A DNA stretch of 64,000 bases from Lama guanicoe (taxonomy: Eukaryota), in the NCBI GenBank assembly GCA_013239625.1, contig MU053513.1, positions 2,158,927 to 2,222,926 of the forward strand, read 5' to 3'. Shown one piece after another: positions 63,203-64,000 of the stretch. Below the pieces are notes generated by a model, which worked only from the letters and a program-made list of their open reading frames with translations, was not told where the DNA came from and ran no database searches. The position numbers were made by a program, and so were the translations under genes. The stretch's first letter is position 1. Each line of letters opens with the position of its first letter.

Positions 63203-64000
63203 ATTCCAAACTATTTTATTTCATCTATAGCATGAATATCTGAATTCTAAATCTTCCATTTTATTATGACATTGATATTGTTATAGCCTTATTTGCAATT
63301 TAGCTAATATAAATCTGTTGTAAATAACATACAACTTCTTACTATGTCATCATTATTATAAGTCAATTCTACATTATGACACTTATATTGAATATAGATG
63401 CATTTATGATGATTCTCATTAAAGGACATCACTGCTCAAAATATTACAGACATGTAAGTGTACTGAAAAGCAAGCAAGCAAACAAATAAAAAGAATCACT
63501 TAAATAAAACTGACAAGATTTGACTTATTTAGCAATTTTGATTTCATGGTAATTCTTAATGAGGGCGTATGTTATTCTTCCCTCTCCCCATCTGAAGGTA
63601 ATCTCAAATTGTAGTTTGGAAAATTACTACTCATCTGGAAATTGTAACAGAAGATTCTAATGTAGAGAAGTTTGGAATTTATATTTTTAATATACAGTTA
63701 CTTCATCTATGAAATTACTTTGAGAAAAATTCCTTTAGTGATGCATTTTGTGTTGATTTCAAAATAATTTTTGCTCTTTGTTCCTTCACTTGTGTTCCTT
63801 AATTTTGATCTGATAAAAATAGAAGTGGGATGGGCAAATAAGCTGGGTCTTGTTTCCCTCCAGGCCAGCATTAAGTGCATTTCACAGCTCTTCTTGACAG
63901 GCTGACTACCAAAAGGTAATACATCTAATAGTTTCCTAATGTAAGCTCTGGACAAAGAGGTTATTTAATCATTGTTTTATTTTGCTTTTTTCATCCAGTG

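Noticed and set aside
63962..64000. Plus-strand acceptor-like pyrimidine tract ending in cag at the window edge
   Set aside because: No downstream sequence is available and no upstream plus-strand promoter or exon was found. The neighbouring gene expected from human synteny (PIGK) is not visible in the window.
1..64000. CRISPR arrays, operons or other prokaryotic-type systems
   Set aside because: There are no regularly spaced repeat-spacer arrays or dense ORFs. The sequence is intron-containing, repeat-rich mammalian DNA.

Overview
Mammalian genomic DNA, not prokaryotic. It is most likely camelid, judged from tRNA-derived vic-1-like SINEs and no recognisable Alu, Bov-A, PRE1 or SINEC elements. 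The window holds the CpG-island promoter and first five coding exons of adenylate kinase 5 (AK5) on the minus strand: ATG at 28773, 699 nt / 233 codons, all junctions GT-AG and in phase, with intron 5 running off the left edge. About 35 kb of upstream intergenic DNA contains a full-length processed SOD1 pseudogene with a 13-bp TSD. The rest is mainly interspersed repeats. These include a nested MaLR provirus carrying a Charlie DNA transposon and a tail-less L1, a CpG-rich solo ERV LTR, a twin-primed inverted L1, several short L1 3' ends with TSDs, SINEs, MIR/L2 and MER elements. I found no convincing novel multi-gene system. The most unusual details are a perfect splice donor at the ancestral exon 3/4 junction of the SOD1 retrocopy, the tail-less L1 inside the MaLR, and a candidate poison or terminal exon in AK5 intron 3. 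Repeat subfamily names come from recalled consensus sequences and need Dfam/RepeatMasker confirmation.
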